Of a DNA stretch of 64,000 nucleotides, positions 19,692-28,867 are shown piece by piece. The position numbers and the translations under genes were made by a program. Under the pieces are notes generated by a model. That model was not told where the DNA came from and did no database searches. It saw only the letters and a program-made list of their open reading frames with translations. Source of the DNA: Opitutus sp. GAS368 (GTDB taxonomy: Bacteria; Verrucomicrobiota; Verrucomicrobiia; Opitutales; Opitutaceae); assembly GCA_945871085.1 (NCBI GenBank), contig CAMBVX010000001.1:7347-71346 (forward strand). Reading direction: 5' to 3'. Each line of letters begins with the position of its first letter. The first letter of the stretch is position 1.

Positions 19692-20083
19692 AATACCTGC
19701 TCGACTCCCACGTCCTCGATTGGGCTCAACGGGATACCCTCCGTCTCTCCCCGAAGGTCCTCGCCATTTTGCAGGACGCGAAACCCGGCGAACTGACGGT
19801 TTCAGACGTAACCCTCTCCGAACTGGCCCGCCACCTGGCGTTTGGAAAGATCACGACCACGCTCGCACCCGACCAATGGTTGCGCGCCGCGCTGGCGGAC
19901 ATCGAGGTGCTGCCCGTCACTGCGGAGATCGCATTGCGCGCCGCGTTTCTTGATTGGACGCATCGCGATCCGTGTGATCGCCACATCGTCGCCACCGCCG
20001 CCGAGCACAAACTCCCGCTTCTCACCATCGACGAGAAAATCCACGCCCTCGTCGGCGTCCGCGGATTAAAAACAATTTGGTAG
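19688..20083 (+). CDS. PIN-domain toxin (VapC-like)
   Basis: VKYLLDSHVLDW (first Asp), later HRDPCDRHIVATA and LLTIDEKI. The GTG at 19688 gives the 4-nt overlap with the antitoxin stop. The ORF track starts at the alternative GTG at 19670. Confidence 0.8.
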   Translation: MKYLLDSHVLDWAQRDTLRLSPKVLAILQDAKPGELTVSDVTLSELARHLAFGKITTTLAPDQWLRAALADIEVLPVTAEIALRAAFLDWTHRDPCDRHIVATAAEHKLPLLTIDEKIHALVGVRGLKTIW

Positions 20084-20253
20084 CAGTCCGCTCTCCCGAC
20101 GGAAGTTTGCCGCCACTCCACGAGCACCCCGACTCCAGCGGGCCGTTGCCACCACGTGCCTCGCCCGCCGGCACCCCACACTGGAAATAGCCAACAATCC
20201 CACCGTCCTCCTCGCCGGCCGAGTTGAAGCATTATTTCTCTGCCGATTTTCCT

Positions 20254-20322
20254 GACAAAATCCGGCCGTTTTTCAGAGGGATTGTCACTTAATAAGTGAC
20301 AAGTGGTTTCGGGCGTTTTTTT
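20254..20322 (+). repeat. About 69-nt repeat carrying the perfect palindrome TGTCACTTA-A-TAAGTGACA (copy 1)
   Basis: gacaaaatccggccgtttttcagagggattgtcacttaataagtgacaagtggtttcgggcgttttt. Its reverse complement recurs at 55758-55824 with about 90% identity. Confidence 0.8.
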
Positions 20323-20380
20323 GAGTGGGAAACAACGTTGCTCATACCCACTTGAAGGAGGTTCCCGGCTGCTGCCGGCG

Positions 20381-20495
20381 GGTTGGCGATTTGACCAGCG
20401 GTAGCCACAGGCCCCCGTGCCTGTGGGGCTGGGCAACCCGTCCACTAGACCGGCAGGTAGGGACGCCTGCCGCTAGACCAACTTGACGTAAGACC
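20381..20495 (+). repeat. R1 element: about 110-nt two-hairpin intergenic repeat (copy a)
   Basis: ttggcgatttg..GGTAGCCACAGGCccccgtGCCTGTGGgg...CGGCAGGtagggacgCCTGCCGctag..cttgacg. Collinear with the copies at 28560, 34576, 39366, 39541 and 47509. Confidence 0.85.
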
Positions 20496-20524
20496 AACGT
20501 CCTTTGAACGCTGGACTTTTCGGT

Positions 20525-20574
20525 AGCCGCGAGCGCCAGCGAGTGGACGGATCACCACTCGCTGGCGCTCGCGG
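20525..20574. repeat. Perfect 21-bp inverted repeat (hairpin), 8-nt loop
   Basis: GCCGCGAGCGCCAGCGAGTGG-acggatca-CCACTCGCTGGCGCTCGCGGC, preceded by GGTA as in the R1 hairpins. Confidence 0.8.
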
Positions 20575-20720
20575 CCACCCGGTAAATCAAAGTCTGAATC
20601 ATTTGGGCGATTGGTATAAGCAAGGTCCTCCATGGGTCGCGGGGAAATCGGAGCACGTCTGTCGCCGGGTTTACCCACTGAAGACAGTGAGAGTGCGACG
20701 ATGAAACTAACCCGCCCGGA

Positions 20721-23700
20721 TCACGGCACTTCGTAGACTTCCACGAGGGCGACGCCCGTTGCGCCCGTCGCGACGGTGACCTGCGCGGTGTAGTTGCCGG
20801 CGGCAAGTGTCGCGAGGAGTGCGGCGTCTCGGGAATCTGGTGACAGGACAAACGCGCCAGTCTGCGCAAAGGCGGCCGACAGCGCGACCGTGCCGCCCCA
20901 ATTGTCGTTCGTCGCGAGACTCTTGCCCGCGACGTCAAAGAGTTCGATCTTCGGATCGGTCATGGCACCGGTGACGCCAAACGGAGCGGCCCCAATGGTC
21001 GGCCCGATGGCGCGGAGCAACACCCGCTGGCTGGCCCCGCCACCCAGCACGAAGCCCAGCGTCAGACTGGAACCGACGTGTTTGAGCACGGACAAATTGA
21101 TCAAACGCGGCGCCGTTAGGCCGGGGGTATTTCCGAGGGAGGAAGCGTCGTAGACTTCGCCGATCACGAGGCCCGTCGCGCCAGCGGCAGCGGCGCCGGC
21201 GGAGATCTTCACGGAATTGTCGCGCGAAGTGATACTGGCAGTCACTGCGGCGTCGCGAGACGTCGCACCTGCATACGGAAACGCCCCGACGGCGGTCATC
21301 GCGTTCGCCAGCAGCAGCGCGCCACCCCAGTCGTCATTCTCCCCGGTCTTGGTCGCGCTCGCAAAGAGCTCGAGCTGCGGATCGGCGAGCGTGCCGGCAA
21401 CGCCCAAGGCACCGAGCGACGGACCGGCGGCGCGGATGACGAGCGGCATGGCGTTGGCCGCGCTCGCCCCGCTCACGACGTAGCCGAGGAAGAACGAGTC
21501 GCCCGGCGTCGCGAGGGAGGTCAGGACCGAAAGATTGATCAACCGTGCGGAGACGACCGCAGGGGCGGTGACCGTCACGATCGAGCCCACACTTTCGATC
21601 GCCCCGGCGGAATTTGAAACGGTGCAAAGATAAGTGCCGGTGTCAGCCAGTGTCGCGTTGGGCAACGTGAACACCGCGGACGTGGCGCCGGCGAGCATCG
21701 TCGCGCCACCGGTGGAAACGCGGCGCCATTGGTAAGTCAGACCAGCGCCGGTGGCACCGACACTGAGCGTGAGCGGTTGACCCGCGACGAGGCTCAGGCC
21801 CGCCACCGGCTGCGTCGTAATCGTCGGCGGGAGGACCCCAACGGTGGTCGTCAGCGTGACGGTGGCGCTGGAGACCGTGCCCACGAGATTGGTTACCCGC
21901 ACGATATAGGTCGCGGCGTCAGAAAGCTGCACGCTGGGAAAAGAGAGCGTCGCGCTCGTGGCGCCGGCGAGAGCGACATTATTTTTCAACCACTGGTAGC
22001 TGGGCGCAGGCTGGCCGGTCGCGACCACGGCGATCGTCACGTTTTGCCCGACGGTCACCGTTTGGTTGGTCGGTTGCGTGAAGATCACGGGCGCAACGCT
22101 GGCGACGGTCACGGCAAAGGAGAAATCTGCCGCGGGCGCTGGGTTGAATGTGCCATTGCCCGTTTGGGAAGCCCGCACGACCACCGTTCCCGCCACGCCG
22201 GTGAGCGTGAGCACGCTGTCGCTGAGCGACGCGGGCCCGGAGACGACGGCGAAGGCGACGGGCAGGCCGGAGGTGGCAGTGGCGGCCAGCGTGAACGGTC
22301 TGGCTGATGCGACCTGCGCGGTGATCGGCGAAGTGACCGTGATCACTTGCGCGAGCTTGCCCGCCGTGACCGTCGTCTCGGCGGTTGCGGCGAGGAAGTT
22401 GCTATTCCCATTCTGATTGGCGCGCAGCGTGACGGGCGAGGTATCGGCGATGATGACCGTGTTGCCGGCGACGGTGGCGTTGCCACTCACGACGGAGAAT
22501 CCGATGGGGAGCGCCGAAGTGGCCGATGCCGTGAGCGTAAACGCGACCCCCGGAGCGATGGCCGAGGGCAAGGCCCCGAAGCTCACGGTCTGCGGTGCTT
22601 TCGCGACGGTGAATTGACCGGACGCGGAGCCCTCGGCTTCAGAGGTGTTGACGATGGCGGTGACGACATAGCTGCCCGCCGCAGTCGGCGCGGTCGCGTT
22701 GCCGGCGTAGGCCAGACTGACCGGAAATCCCGTTGGCGTCGAGGTCGCGGAGGCGGATTTGGCAGTGCCGTCGTAAATCACGGCGAGCCCACCGAGCGTG
22801 ATGCTCACGGCAATACGCGTGACGGTGAGCGTGGCGGCCGTGCTGGTGGTGCTGCCGACGGCGTTCGTGACGATGCAATCGTAGCTGCCGGCGGCGGCAG
22901 TCGTGACGCGGCTGAGTGTGAGTGCGGCGGTGGTGGCCGAGGCCTGGCCGGTGAGGGCCGCGCCGTTCTTGCGCCACTGGTAGGTGACGGGGGCGGTCGC
23001 GGTGGCGACGGTGAACGTCACGTTGCTGTCGGAGACGACCGTTTGCGGCGCGGGTTGAGTGGTGAGTGCGGGCGGAGCGTTGACGGTGAGGGTCGCGCCG
23101 TTGCTGGTCGCGGTGCTGGTCGCATTGGTCAGCAGGGCCGAATAGACGCCAGCGGCGGAAGCGGCGACACTCGGTAGCGTCAGGGTGGCCAGCGTCGCAC
23201 CGGCGATCGCCGCGCCGTCTTTTCGCCACTGCACCGTGGGCGTCGGCGAGCCGGTGAAGACGACGGTGAAGGTCGCGGTCGCGCCGACATTGACGGATTG
23301 ATTCACCGGCTGAGTTGTGAGGGCGGGCGCGGTGCCGCCGCCAGTGATGACGTAGCGAACGTTTTGCGGCCCAAATGATGGGCCCGTGGCTCCGGCAAAT
23401 TCCCACGCGGTGATGCTGACGTCAAAGGTGCCAGCCGCACTCGGCGTGCCGGAAATGAGGCCACTCGAATTATTAATGATGCCGCCGACCGCTCCCGCCG
23501 CCGTCACGCCGGGCGGCAATGCGCCACCAATCGTGAACGAGCCCGCCGCCGAGGGCGCACCACTCGTCGAGAAGCCCACCGACTGCACGGGGGAACCCAC
23601 GGTGCCGGCGACGTTCGTGGTATTGATCACAATCTGCGTCGCACCTGCCAGCGAGTGCAGGGCACCGAGCGAAGCCGTGGCGGCGACCGTGGCGCGGAGG

Positions 23701-23846
23701 ATCGCGCCGATCGGCGAGGCGAGGATGATTTCCCCGGCGGTCGCCGCGACGCGGAGCACGGGGGTGCGCTGCAGCAGGGCGATGAGCAGGACACCCGGGA
23801 GATTGAGCCAGGGCAGGCGACGCGCGAACGCAGCGGGGAAATTCAT
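20721..23846 (-). CDS. Secreted/surface protein with multiple Ig-like (I-set type) repeats and two C-terminal about 130-aa modules
   Basis: 1041 aa with a hydrophobic N-terminal leader. Repeated ...TVQWRKDGAAIAGAT.., ..TYQWRKNGAAL.., ..SYQWLKNNVAL.., ..TYQWRRVS.. strands with AGVY/AGSY/ATY..C motifs. The C-terminus carries twin RLINLSV...RA(A/I)GP(S/T)...DP(Q/K)(L/I)ELF...NDxWGG modules. Confidence 0.8.
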   Translation of the reverse strand: MNFPAAFARRLPWLNLPGVLLIALLQRTPVLRVAATAGEIILASPIGAILRATVAATASLGALHSLAGATQIVINTTNVAGTVGSPVQSVGFSTSGAPSAAGSFTIGGALPPGVTAAGAVGGIINNSSGLISGTPSAAGTFDVSITAWEFAGATGPSFGPQNVRYVITGGGTAPALTTQPVNQSVNVGATATFTVVFTGSPTPTVQWRKDGAAIAGATLATLTLPSVAASAAGVYSALLTNATSTATSNGATLTVNAPPALTTQPAPQTVVSDSNVTFTVATATAPVTYQWRKNGAALTGQASATTAALTLSRVTTAAAGSYDCIVTNAVGSTTSTAATLTVTRIAVSITLGGLAVIYDGTAKSASATSTPTGFPVSLAYAGNATAPTAAGSYVVTAIVNTSEAEGSASGQFTVAKAPQTVSFGALPSAIAPGVAFTLTASATSALPIGFSVVSGNATVAGNTVIIADTSPVTLRANQNGNSNFLAATAETTVTAGKLAQVITVTSPITAQVASARPFTLAATATSGLPVAFAVVSGPASLSDSVLTLTGVAGTVVVRASQTGNGTFNPAPAADFSFAVTVASVAPVIFTQPTNQTVTVGQNVTIAVVATGQPAPSYQWLKNNVALAGATSATLSFPSVQLSDAATYIVRVTNLVGTVSSATVTLTTTVGVLPPTITTQPVAGLSLVAGQPLTLSVGATGAGLTYQWRRVSTGGATMLAGATSAVFTLPNATLADTGTYLCTVSNSAGAIESVGSIVTVTAPAVVSARLINLSVLTSLATPGDSFFLGYVVSGASAANAMPLVIRAAGPSLGALGVAGTLADPQLELFASATKTGENDDWGGALLLANAMTAVGAFPYAGATSRDAAVTASITSRDNSVKISAGAAAAGATGLVIGEVYDASSLGNTPGLTAPRLINLSVLKHVGSSLTLGFVLGGGASQRVLLRAIGPTIGAAPFGVTGAMTDPKIELFDVAGKSLATNDNWGGTVALSAAFAQTGAFVLSPDSRDAALLATLAAGNYTAQVTVATGATGVALVEVYEVP

Positions 23847-23964
23847 GAGGGCGCGACGAGAGGAAAAAATGGACGCCAGCGAGTGCCGAAGACCTCTGGT
23901 AGATCGCCGGCGACGACAGAACGGAAGTCAGGAACAGTAACCGCAGTGTTACTCTGAAGCTGCA

Positions 23965-25242
23965 TCAAAACCGCGCGGTGAGCTGCGCGGCGAGCGTCTG
24001 GGTCCGCTCGGCGGCGAGGGCGGCAGCGGAGGCCTCGTGGTGCAGCGAGTATTCGAGCTTCAGCTGCACGTGCGGCGTCAGGCGGTAACCCGGCGCGACG
24101 TCGATCCGCCAGAGATTGCGGCCCCAGTGGATCGGCGGGCGCGGGCCATCGAGGAGCGTGCCGAATGTCTGGCGATTGAAGCGCACCGCCCCGAAGAATT
24201 GCGGAGTAAACTTGTATTTGGCTTCGACGTAGCCGGAGACCGTATCCGCGTCGCCCAGCAAAGGCATTTCGAAACGACTTTGAAAGACCTCGGCCCAGAG
24301 CTGCCAGTGATGCCAGGCAAAACCTGCGTCGGCGGCGAACGTGCGCTGCCGATAGTCGCCGCGACCCCGCCCCGCAGTGAGCGTGGGTTGGGCCGACGGA
24401 CGCAGGTAGGTGGCGTTGGCCGCGGAAACCCCAAACGTCCACATGGGGTTGGGCGAATAGGCGAGGCGCGCAGCCACGGCGGGATAGGTCCACCATTTCC
24501 CGGCTTTGGTCCACGATGCCGGTCGCGAGGCGATGCCGGCGTTCTTCAGTTCGGCCGAATAGCGAAACTGGCCGAGAGCACCGGACACGGCGGCCCCGGT
24601 GGCGTAAGCCGGCCCCCACACGAGCGGGAGGCGAAACTTTTTTTCGTTGGCGGTATTAAAAACCGAGAGTCCCGGACGGACGTGATTCCAAAGGAGAAAC
24701 TGGTTGAGCGAACGCGGCGTCTCGGTGTCCCAGACGCCGGTGGCGTGCTCGTAGGGCACCGGCGCAGAGATGAACGGATTTTCCCACGATCCGTGGCGGG
24801 GCACCCAATTGCCGACGATCGTGGCGAATTTCCCGAGCTGGAAACTGCCCCGTCGGTCCGCCCAGGGCGTGATCCGGAGCGCGTATTCGTCAAACCGAAA
24901 GCGGGCGGCACTCTGGCCGGGATCGAAGCCCTGGTCGGCGCGGGCTTGAGAAAAAAGATACACGCGCTCGCCTAGCTGGGTATCGAGAAAAAGGGTGAGC
25001 CGCGGGTTGAAGAGATCTTCGCGCGTGGTGTCGATGAAGGCGGGCGCGGGGGTGGGGAGATGGTAGGCTTCGAGATCGACGGTGCCACTGAGCCGCGCGC
25101 GGACGTGACCGTGGAGCGAACTGGCGCTCAGGGCCTGACCGAGACGGTCAAAATATTCCTCCGACGCGGCCACGACTGTCCCGCCCACGATGGCGAGTGC
25201 GGTGAGAGTGAAAGCGAGGCGGATAGGGCGGTGAGGGATCAC
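23965..25242 (-). CDS. Outer-membrane beta-barrel protein (family unassigned)
   Basis: Signal-like N-terminus (IRLAFTLTALAIVGGTVVAAS), alternating amphipathic strands, and a C-terminal ...LAAQLTARF ending in Phe as in OMPs. Start overlaps the upstream kinase stop (GTGA). Confidence 0.65.
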   Translation of the reverse strand: MIPHRPIRLAFTLTALAIVGGTVVAASEEYFDRLGQALSASSLHGHVRARLSGTVDLEAYHLPTPAPAFIDTTREDLFNPRLTLFLDTQLGERVYLFSQARADQGFDPGQSAARFRFDEYALRITPWADRRGSFQLGKFATIVGNWVPRHGSWENPFISAPVPYEHATGVWDTETPRSLNQFLLWNHVRPGLSVFNTANEKKFRLPLVWGPAYATGAAVSGALGQFRYSAELKNAGIASRPASWTKAGKWWTYPAVAARLAYSPNPMWTFGVSAANATYLRPSAQPTLTAGRGRGDYRQRTFAADAGFAWHHWQLWAEVFQSRFEMPLLGDADTVSGYVEAKYKFTPQFFGAVRFNRQTFGTLLDGPRPPIHWGRNLWRIDVAPGYRLTPHVQLKLEYSLHHEASAAALAAERTQTLAAQLTARF

Positions 25243-26999
25243 GGGGGGGCGAGGCGGAAGCGGACCTCGAATTCAGTCCACGATTCATCGGAACGCGCAA
25301 GGCGAAGATCGCCCCCGTGCAGGCGCGCGAGCTCGCGGGCGAGGTTCAGCCCGAGGCCGTAACCGGGGACATTTTCACCGACCCCGCCCCGGTGGAAGCG
25401 CTCGAAGATGTGCGCCTGTGCAGCGGGTGGAATCGCGTGCCCGGTGTTGGCCACGGAGAGGATCACGGTATCGGCCGCCGTCTGCGCGGCCACGCGCACC
25501 AGACCGGACGGGCGATTATATTTTCGGGCGTTCTCGAGCAGGTTTTGCAGGATGATCGAGGTGTAGCGTTTCTCGCCGGCAATGTGGAGCGCGGCCGGGA
25601 AATCCGTCTCGACCTCGAGATCAAGGGCGTCCGGGACCGCGCCGAGATCGTCGAGCGACGCTTCGATGAGTGCGGAGAGATTCACGGGGCCGAAGTCGAG
25701 TTTGAGGTGACCGGTGTCCATGCGCGAGAGGAGGAGCAGATCCTCGATCACGCTGGAGAGGCGATAGGTTTGATGGATGAGGGCAGCGAGTTGCTGGCAT
25801 TCCTCGGGTGAAAGAGGGTCGCGGGCGAGGAGCTCCTCGAGGCCGGCCCGGAGGACCGTGACGGGGGTCTTGAGCTGGTGCGAAGCATCGGCGGAGAAAC
25901 GGGCGGAGCGCTGGAGCTCGTCGGCGGTCTGTTCGAGTGCGGCCTCGGCCCGGGCGCGTTGCGTGCGATGCTCCTCGGAATCGACGGCGAGTTTTTCGAC
26001 CGGCGCGGAGAGTCGCACGGCCACAAAATGACTGGCAATCAGGCCGGCGAGAAGGACGAAGGCACCGGCCCCGAGCGCCTGCCAGCGCAGGGCACGCTGG
26101 CGCCCGAGCAAATCGGTCAGAGGATAGACGCACACTTCGTAGGCGGCGGGGTAGAGCGACGCGGGGTTGAGGAGTTTGGCAAACAGCAGATGAGGGACGC
26201 CCTCGATCACGATCCGGACCGGGGCCGCGACGGCGCGCATGACCTCGCTGGCGAGCGCCGTCGAGCGTGACGCACCGAGGGGCAACGAACGTTCCGTGTC
26301 GGCGAGCCAAAGGGCCCGTTTCAGACCCGAGGCGGCGGGCGTGGGGTGGTCGTCACTGAGCGGTTTGAAACCGAGCACGAGAAAGGCGATCACCTCACCG
26401 GTCTTCGTGGACGCAATCGGCGTCGTAATGATCTCGTCGATCGACGACGTATCCGCCCGCAGGAGATAACCGAGCTGCGGCTGATCGGTCGGGCGGGCGA
26501 GCCCGAGGCGCGCCACATCGGCCGGTGTCAGGGGGCCCACCGTCGCGGGATTTTTTGGCGGGATGACGGCACCGGTGCGATCAAGGAAACGGTAGAAACG
26601 CGCGCGCAAGGCCGGGGCACCGGGGTCCGGCGCGGGGTCGCCGGCGGGTTGCAAAATGTCGCGGAGTTCGTCGCGGGCGCTGGGGTAAAGCTCGTCCAGG
26701 GCATCGTCCTCGAGGGCGGCTTGGATCCGGGATTTCCGGACGAGGGCGCGGCAGCGTTCGGCGAGGGCGACGTGACGGAGCGCTTGCGTGCGGTCGAGGG
26801 CGCCGAGTTCGGATTGAAACTCGCGCTCCAGGTCGCGCTCGACCCCGGCGGTGAGATTGCGTTCGGCGAACGAGAGCCCCAGGAGGGTCAGCGCAGAGAC
26901 GACGAGCATCATCGCCACGAGCAGTTTCGTGCGGAAGCCCGTGGGGCGTGGCGCGGCGGGCCCCGGCGGAGCGACGGCGATGGCGCGCGGCGCGGTCAC
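25239..26999 (-). CDS. Sensor histidine kinase (periplasmic domain, HAMP-like linker, HisKA, HATPase_c)
   Basis: H-box FSADASHQLKTPVTVL, N-box LLENARKYN, G-boxes SVANTGHAIPP and GYGLGLNLAREL. Two TM segments flank an about 270-aa periplasmic region. Confidence 0.9.
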   Translation of the reverse strand: MTAPRAIAVAPPGPAAPRPTGFRTKLLVAMMLVVSALTLLGLSFAERNLTAGVERDLEREFQSELGALDRTQALRHVALAERCRALVRKSRIQAALEDDALDELYPSARDELRDILQPAGDPAPDPGAPALRARFYRFLDRTGAVIPPKNPATVGPLTPADVARLGLARPTDQPQLGYLLRADTSSIDEIITTPIASTKTGEVIAFLVLGFKPLSDDHPTPAASGLKRALWLADTERSLPLGASRSTALASEVMRAVAAPVRIVIEGVPHLLFAKLLNPASLYPAAYEVCVYPLTDLLGRQRALRWQALGAGAFVLLAGLIASHFVAVRLSAPVEKLAVDSEEHRTQRARAEAALEQTADELQRSARFSADASHQLKTPVTVLRAGLEELLARDPLSPEECQQLAALIHQTYRLSSVIEDLLLLSRMDTGHLKLDFGPVNLSALIEASLDDLGAVPDALDLEVETDFPAALHIAGEKRYTSIILQNLLENARKYNRPSGLVRVAAQTAADTVILSVANTGHAIPPAAQAHIFERFHRGGVGENVPGYGLGLNLARELARLHGGDLRLARSDESWTEFEVRFRLAPP

Positions 27000-27649
27000 G
27001 GGCTGGCAGGGAAATCTACGCGCATGTTACCCGCGGCGGTCAGTTCGACCGCCTGCTCGCGCGTGGTCTTGCTATCGAGCCAAGCTTTGAGCGTGTAGCG
27101 ACCGGGCGGGAGCCCGGTGAGACGAAAATTTCCGGCGACGTCGGTCATGACAAAATGCGGGGTAGCGAGCACGAGCACGATGCCGCGCATGTGCTCGTGA
27201 ATGTCGCAACGCAGCGTGACGAGGCCGGGGACATCGAAGACTTGCGAGGGAATCGGGCGCTCGTCCGGACGGTAGCGGCCGAGGTCGAAACGTTTCGGCG
27301 GCGAGTAGGAGAAAATATTGTGATACTGATCGTCAAGATTGGGAAACTCGACCTTCGTGCCGACCCGCAGCGGGAGCAGCGCCGGCACAAAGGCGAGTTC
27401 CTTTTGGATCAGTTGCGCGACGGGCGGCGTGGGCGATTTTGGGAAATCACCCTCGAGATAAACGACGGCGAGCGGGGGATTGGTGGCGACGATGCCGCCT
27501 TTGGAAACGATTTCGTAGCGTTGATTGACGACGGGGGCGGTCGTGGTTTTGGGCAGACTGACGCGGCCCTCGATGGTGGTTTGCGCCCTGAGGACGGTAG
27601 GCAAAACGGCGAGCAGGAGCGCGAGAAGTGGGACACGGCAGTGCGTCAT
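26996..27649 (-). CDS. Exported cupredoxin-like protein with C-terminal carboxypeptidase-regulatory-like domain
   Basis: Start MTHCRVPLLALLLAVLPTVLRAQT (signal) at 27649. Putative type-1 Cu ligands YHNIF ... CDIHEHM. The tail VTDVAGNFRLTGLPPGRYTLKAW is CarboxypepD_reg-like. The ORF-track N-terminal extension to 27934 overlaps the regulator gene and is rejected. Confidence 0.7.
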   Translation of the reverse strand: MTHCRVPLLALLLAVLPTVLRAQTTIEGRVSLPKTTTAPVVNQRYEIVSKGGIVATNPPLAVVYLEGDFPKSPTPPVAQLIQKELAFVPALLPLRVGTKVEFPNLDDQYHNIFSYSPPKRFDLGRYRPDERPIPSQVFDVPGLVTLRCDIHEHMRGIVLVLATPHFVMTDVAGNFRLTGLPPGRYTLKAWLDSKTTREQAVELTAAGNMRVDFPASP

Positions 27650-27662
27650 GAACAGGGGTGGG

Positions 27663-28340
27663 TTAAGCCGGGGCGCGAATTGTGTAGCCCACGGCGCGAA
27701 GGGTGTGGATGAGGGGCGCGTCGAAACCGGTGTCCACTTTCTTGCGGAGTCGGGTGATAAAAATCTCGACCGTGCGGGTGTCGTATTCGTGGTCGCGTTG
27801 CCAGACACGTTCGCAGAGCTCAGTGCGGGAAAACGCGCGACCGGGCTCCGCCATGAGCACCTGCAACACGTCAAACTCGCGGGGCGAGAGCGCGATGGTT
27901 TTGCCCGCGCGGGTGACGCGGCGATGCCGCACATCCACGTGAAGATCGGCGACGCTGAGGATATTTGCGTCGACCGGCGTGACGGTGCGGCGGCCGAGGG
28001 CTTCGACGCGGGCGATGAGTTCGTCCATGGCGAAAGGTTTGGTGAGGTAATCGTCGGCCCCCGCCTGGAGGCCCTTCACGCGGTGCTCGACCTCGCCCTT
28101 GGCGGTCAAAATCAGGATGCGAGCGGTGGACCCCGCCCGGCGGAGTCCGGCGAGCACGCCCAGGCCGTCGAGCGTCGGCAGATTGAGATCGAGCACGACG
28201 AGGTCATGTGGTTGCTCGAGCGCGGCGCGGAGGCCGAGGGCGCCGTCGTGGAGCGCGGCCGCCGTGTGGCCACGGCGCACGAGGGCGCGCGTAATGTGGC
28301 CGGCGAGTTGGGTTTCGTCTTCGACTACAAGAATGCGCAC
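27663..28340 (-). CDS. OmpR/PhoB-family response regulator
   Basis: MRILVVEDE...DLVVLDLNLPTLDG receiver plus a winged-helix C-terminus (LSPREFDVLQVLM...IHTLRAVGYTI). Confidence 0.92.
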   Translation of the reverse strand: MRILVVEDETQLAGHITRALVRRGHTAAALHDGALGLRAALEQPHDLVVLDLNLPTLDGLGVLAGLRRAGSTARILILTAKGEVEHRVKGLQAGADDYLTKPFAMDELIARVEALGRRTVTPVDANILSVADLHVDVRHRRVTRAGKTIALSPREFDVLQVLMAEPGRAFSRTELCERVWQRDHEYDTRTVEIFITRLRKKVDTGFDAPLIHTLRAVGYTIRAPA

Positions 28341-28559
28341 AGAGGTAAGCGGGGAGAGTTGGACGGACGGCGGATCGCCCGGAGCTTCGCCGGGTGGGGA
28401 GAGGGGTCAAGTGCAGGGGAGGCGTCGGGTGGAGGCGACGGGTAGACCATGACCCCATGCGCCTCGTTCCACCACAGCAGGCGACGGGCAGGGGCGAAAG
28501 CCCCAAGGTGAGAGCGAAAATCTTCGGCGAGGATGTTGGGTTTCTCTGTTTCCGGTGAG

Positions 28560-28670
28560 TTGGCGATTTGGTCTGCGGTAGCCACAGGCCTGCGTGCCTG
28601 TGGGGCTCGGCGAGACACCCGCCAGACCGGCAGGCAGGGACGCCTGCCGCTACACGGAACTGACGAACAC
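28560..28670 (+). repeat. R1 element (copy b)
   Basis: ttggcgatttggtctgcGGTAGCCACAGGCctgcgtGCCTGTGGggctcggcgagacacccgccagaccGGCAGGCagggacGCCTGCCgctacacggaactgacgaacac. Confidence 0.85.
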
Positions 28671-28720
28671 ACTGTCCTCCAGTGATTGCCGGGGGAGCCG
28701 AAGAATGGCTGTCGCCGGAC

Positions 28721-28867
28721 TTACCCACGGAAACAGCGTGGAACCCTGAAAATAGCCCACCGTGGCACGGGCGACAACTCGATCACGCGAGCGGTGCACG
28801 GCAGCGCCGCCACCACGTCGTGGGACGCGTAGCTGAGGAAGACGGCTTGGCTGGCGGATGCGGACAT
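28721..28867 (-). pseudogene. Possible remnant of a TIR-domain gene (N-terminal beta-A strand only)
   Basis: A 48-codon ORF not in the track: MSASASQAVFLSYASHDVVAALPC... VFLSYASxD is the typical first strand of bacterial TIR domains. Similarity is lost after about 20 aa, and the ORF lies in a 915-nt stretch with no convincing gene. Confidence 0.25.

Noticed and set aside
19726-20445. 239-aa minus-strand ORF
   Set aside because: It spans the antisense of the PIN gene and then runs through three different repeat elements. No motif is recognisable.
26996-27934. Full 312-aa ORF for the cupredoxin gene
   Set aside because: The first 95 codons overlap the response-regulator gene in another frame and are Ser/Arg/Pro-rich. 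The signal-peptide start at 27649 is used instead.
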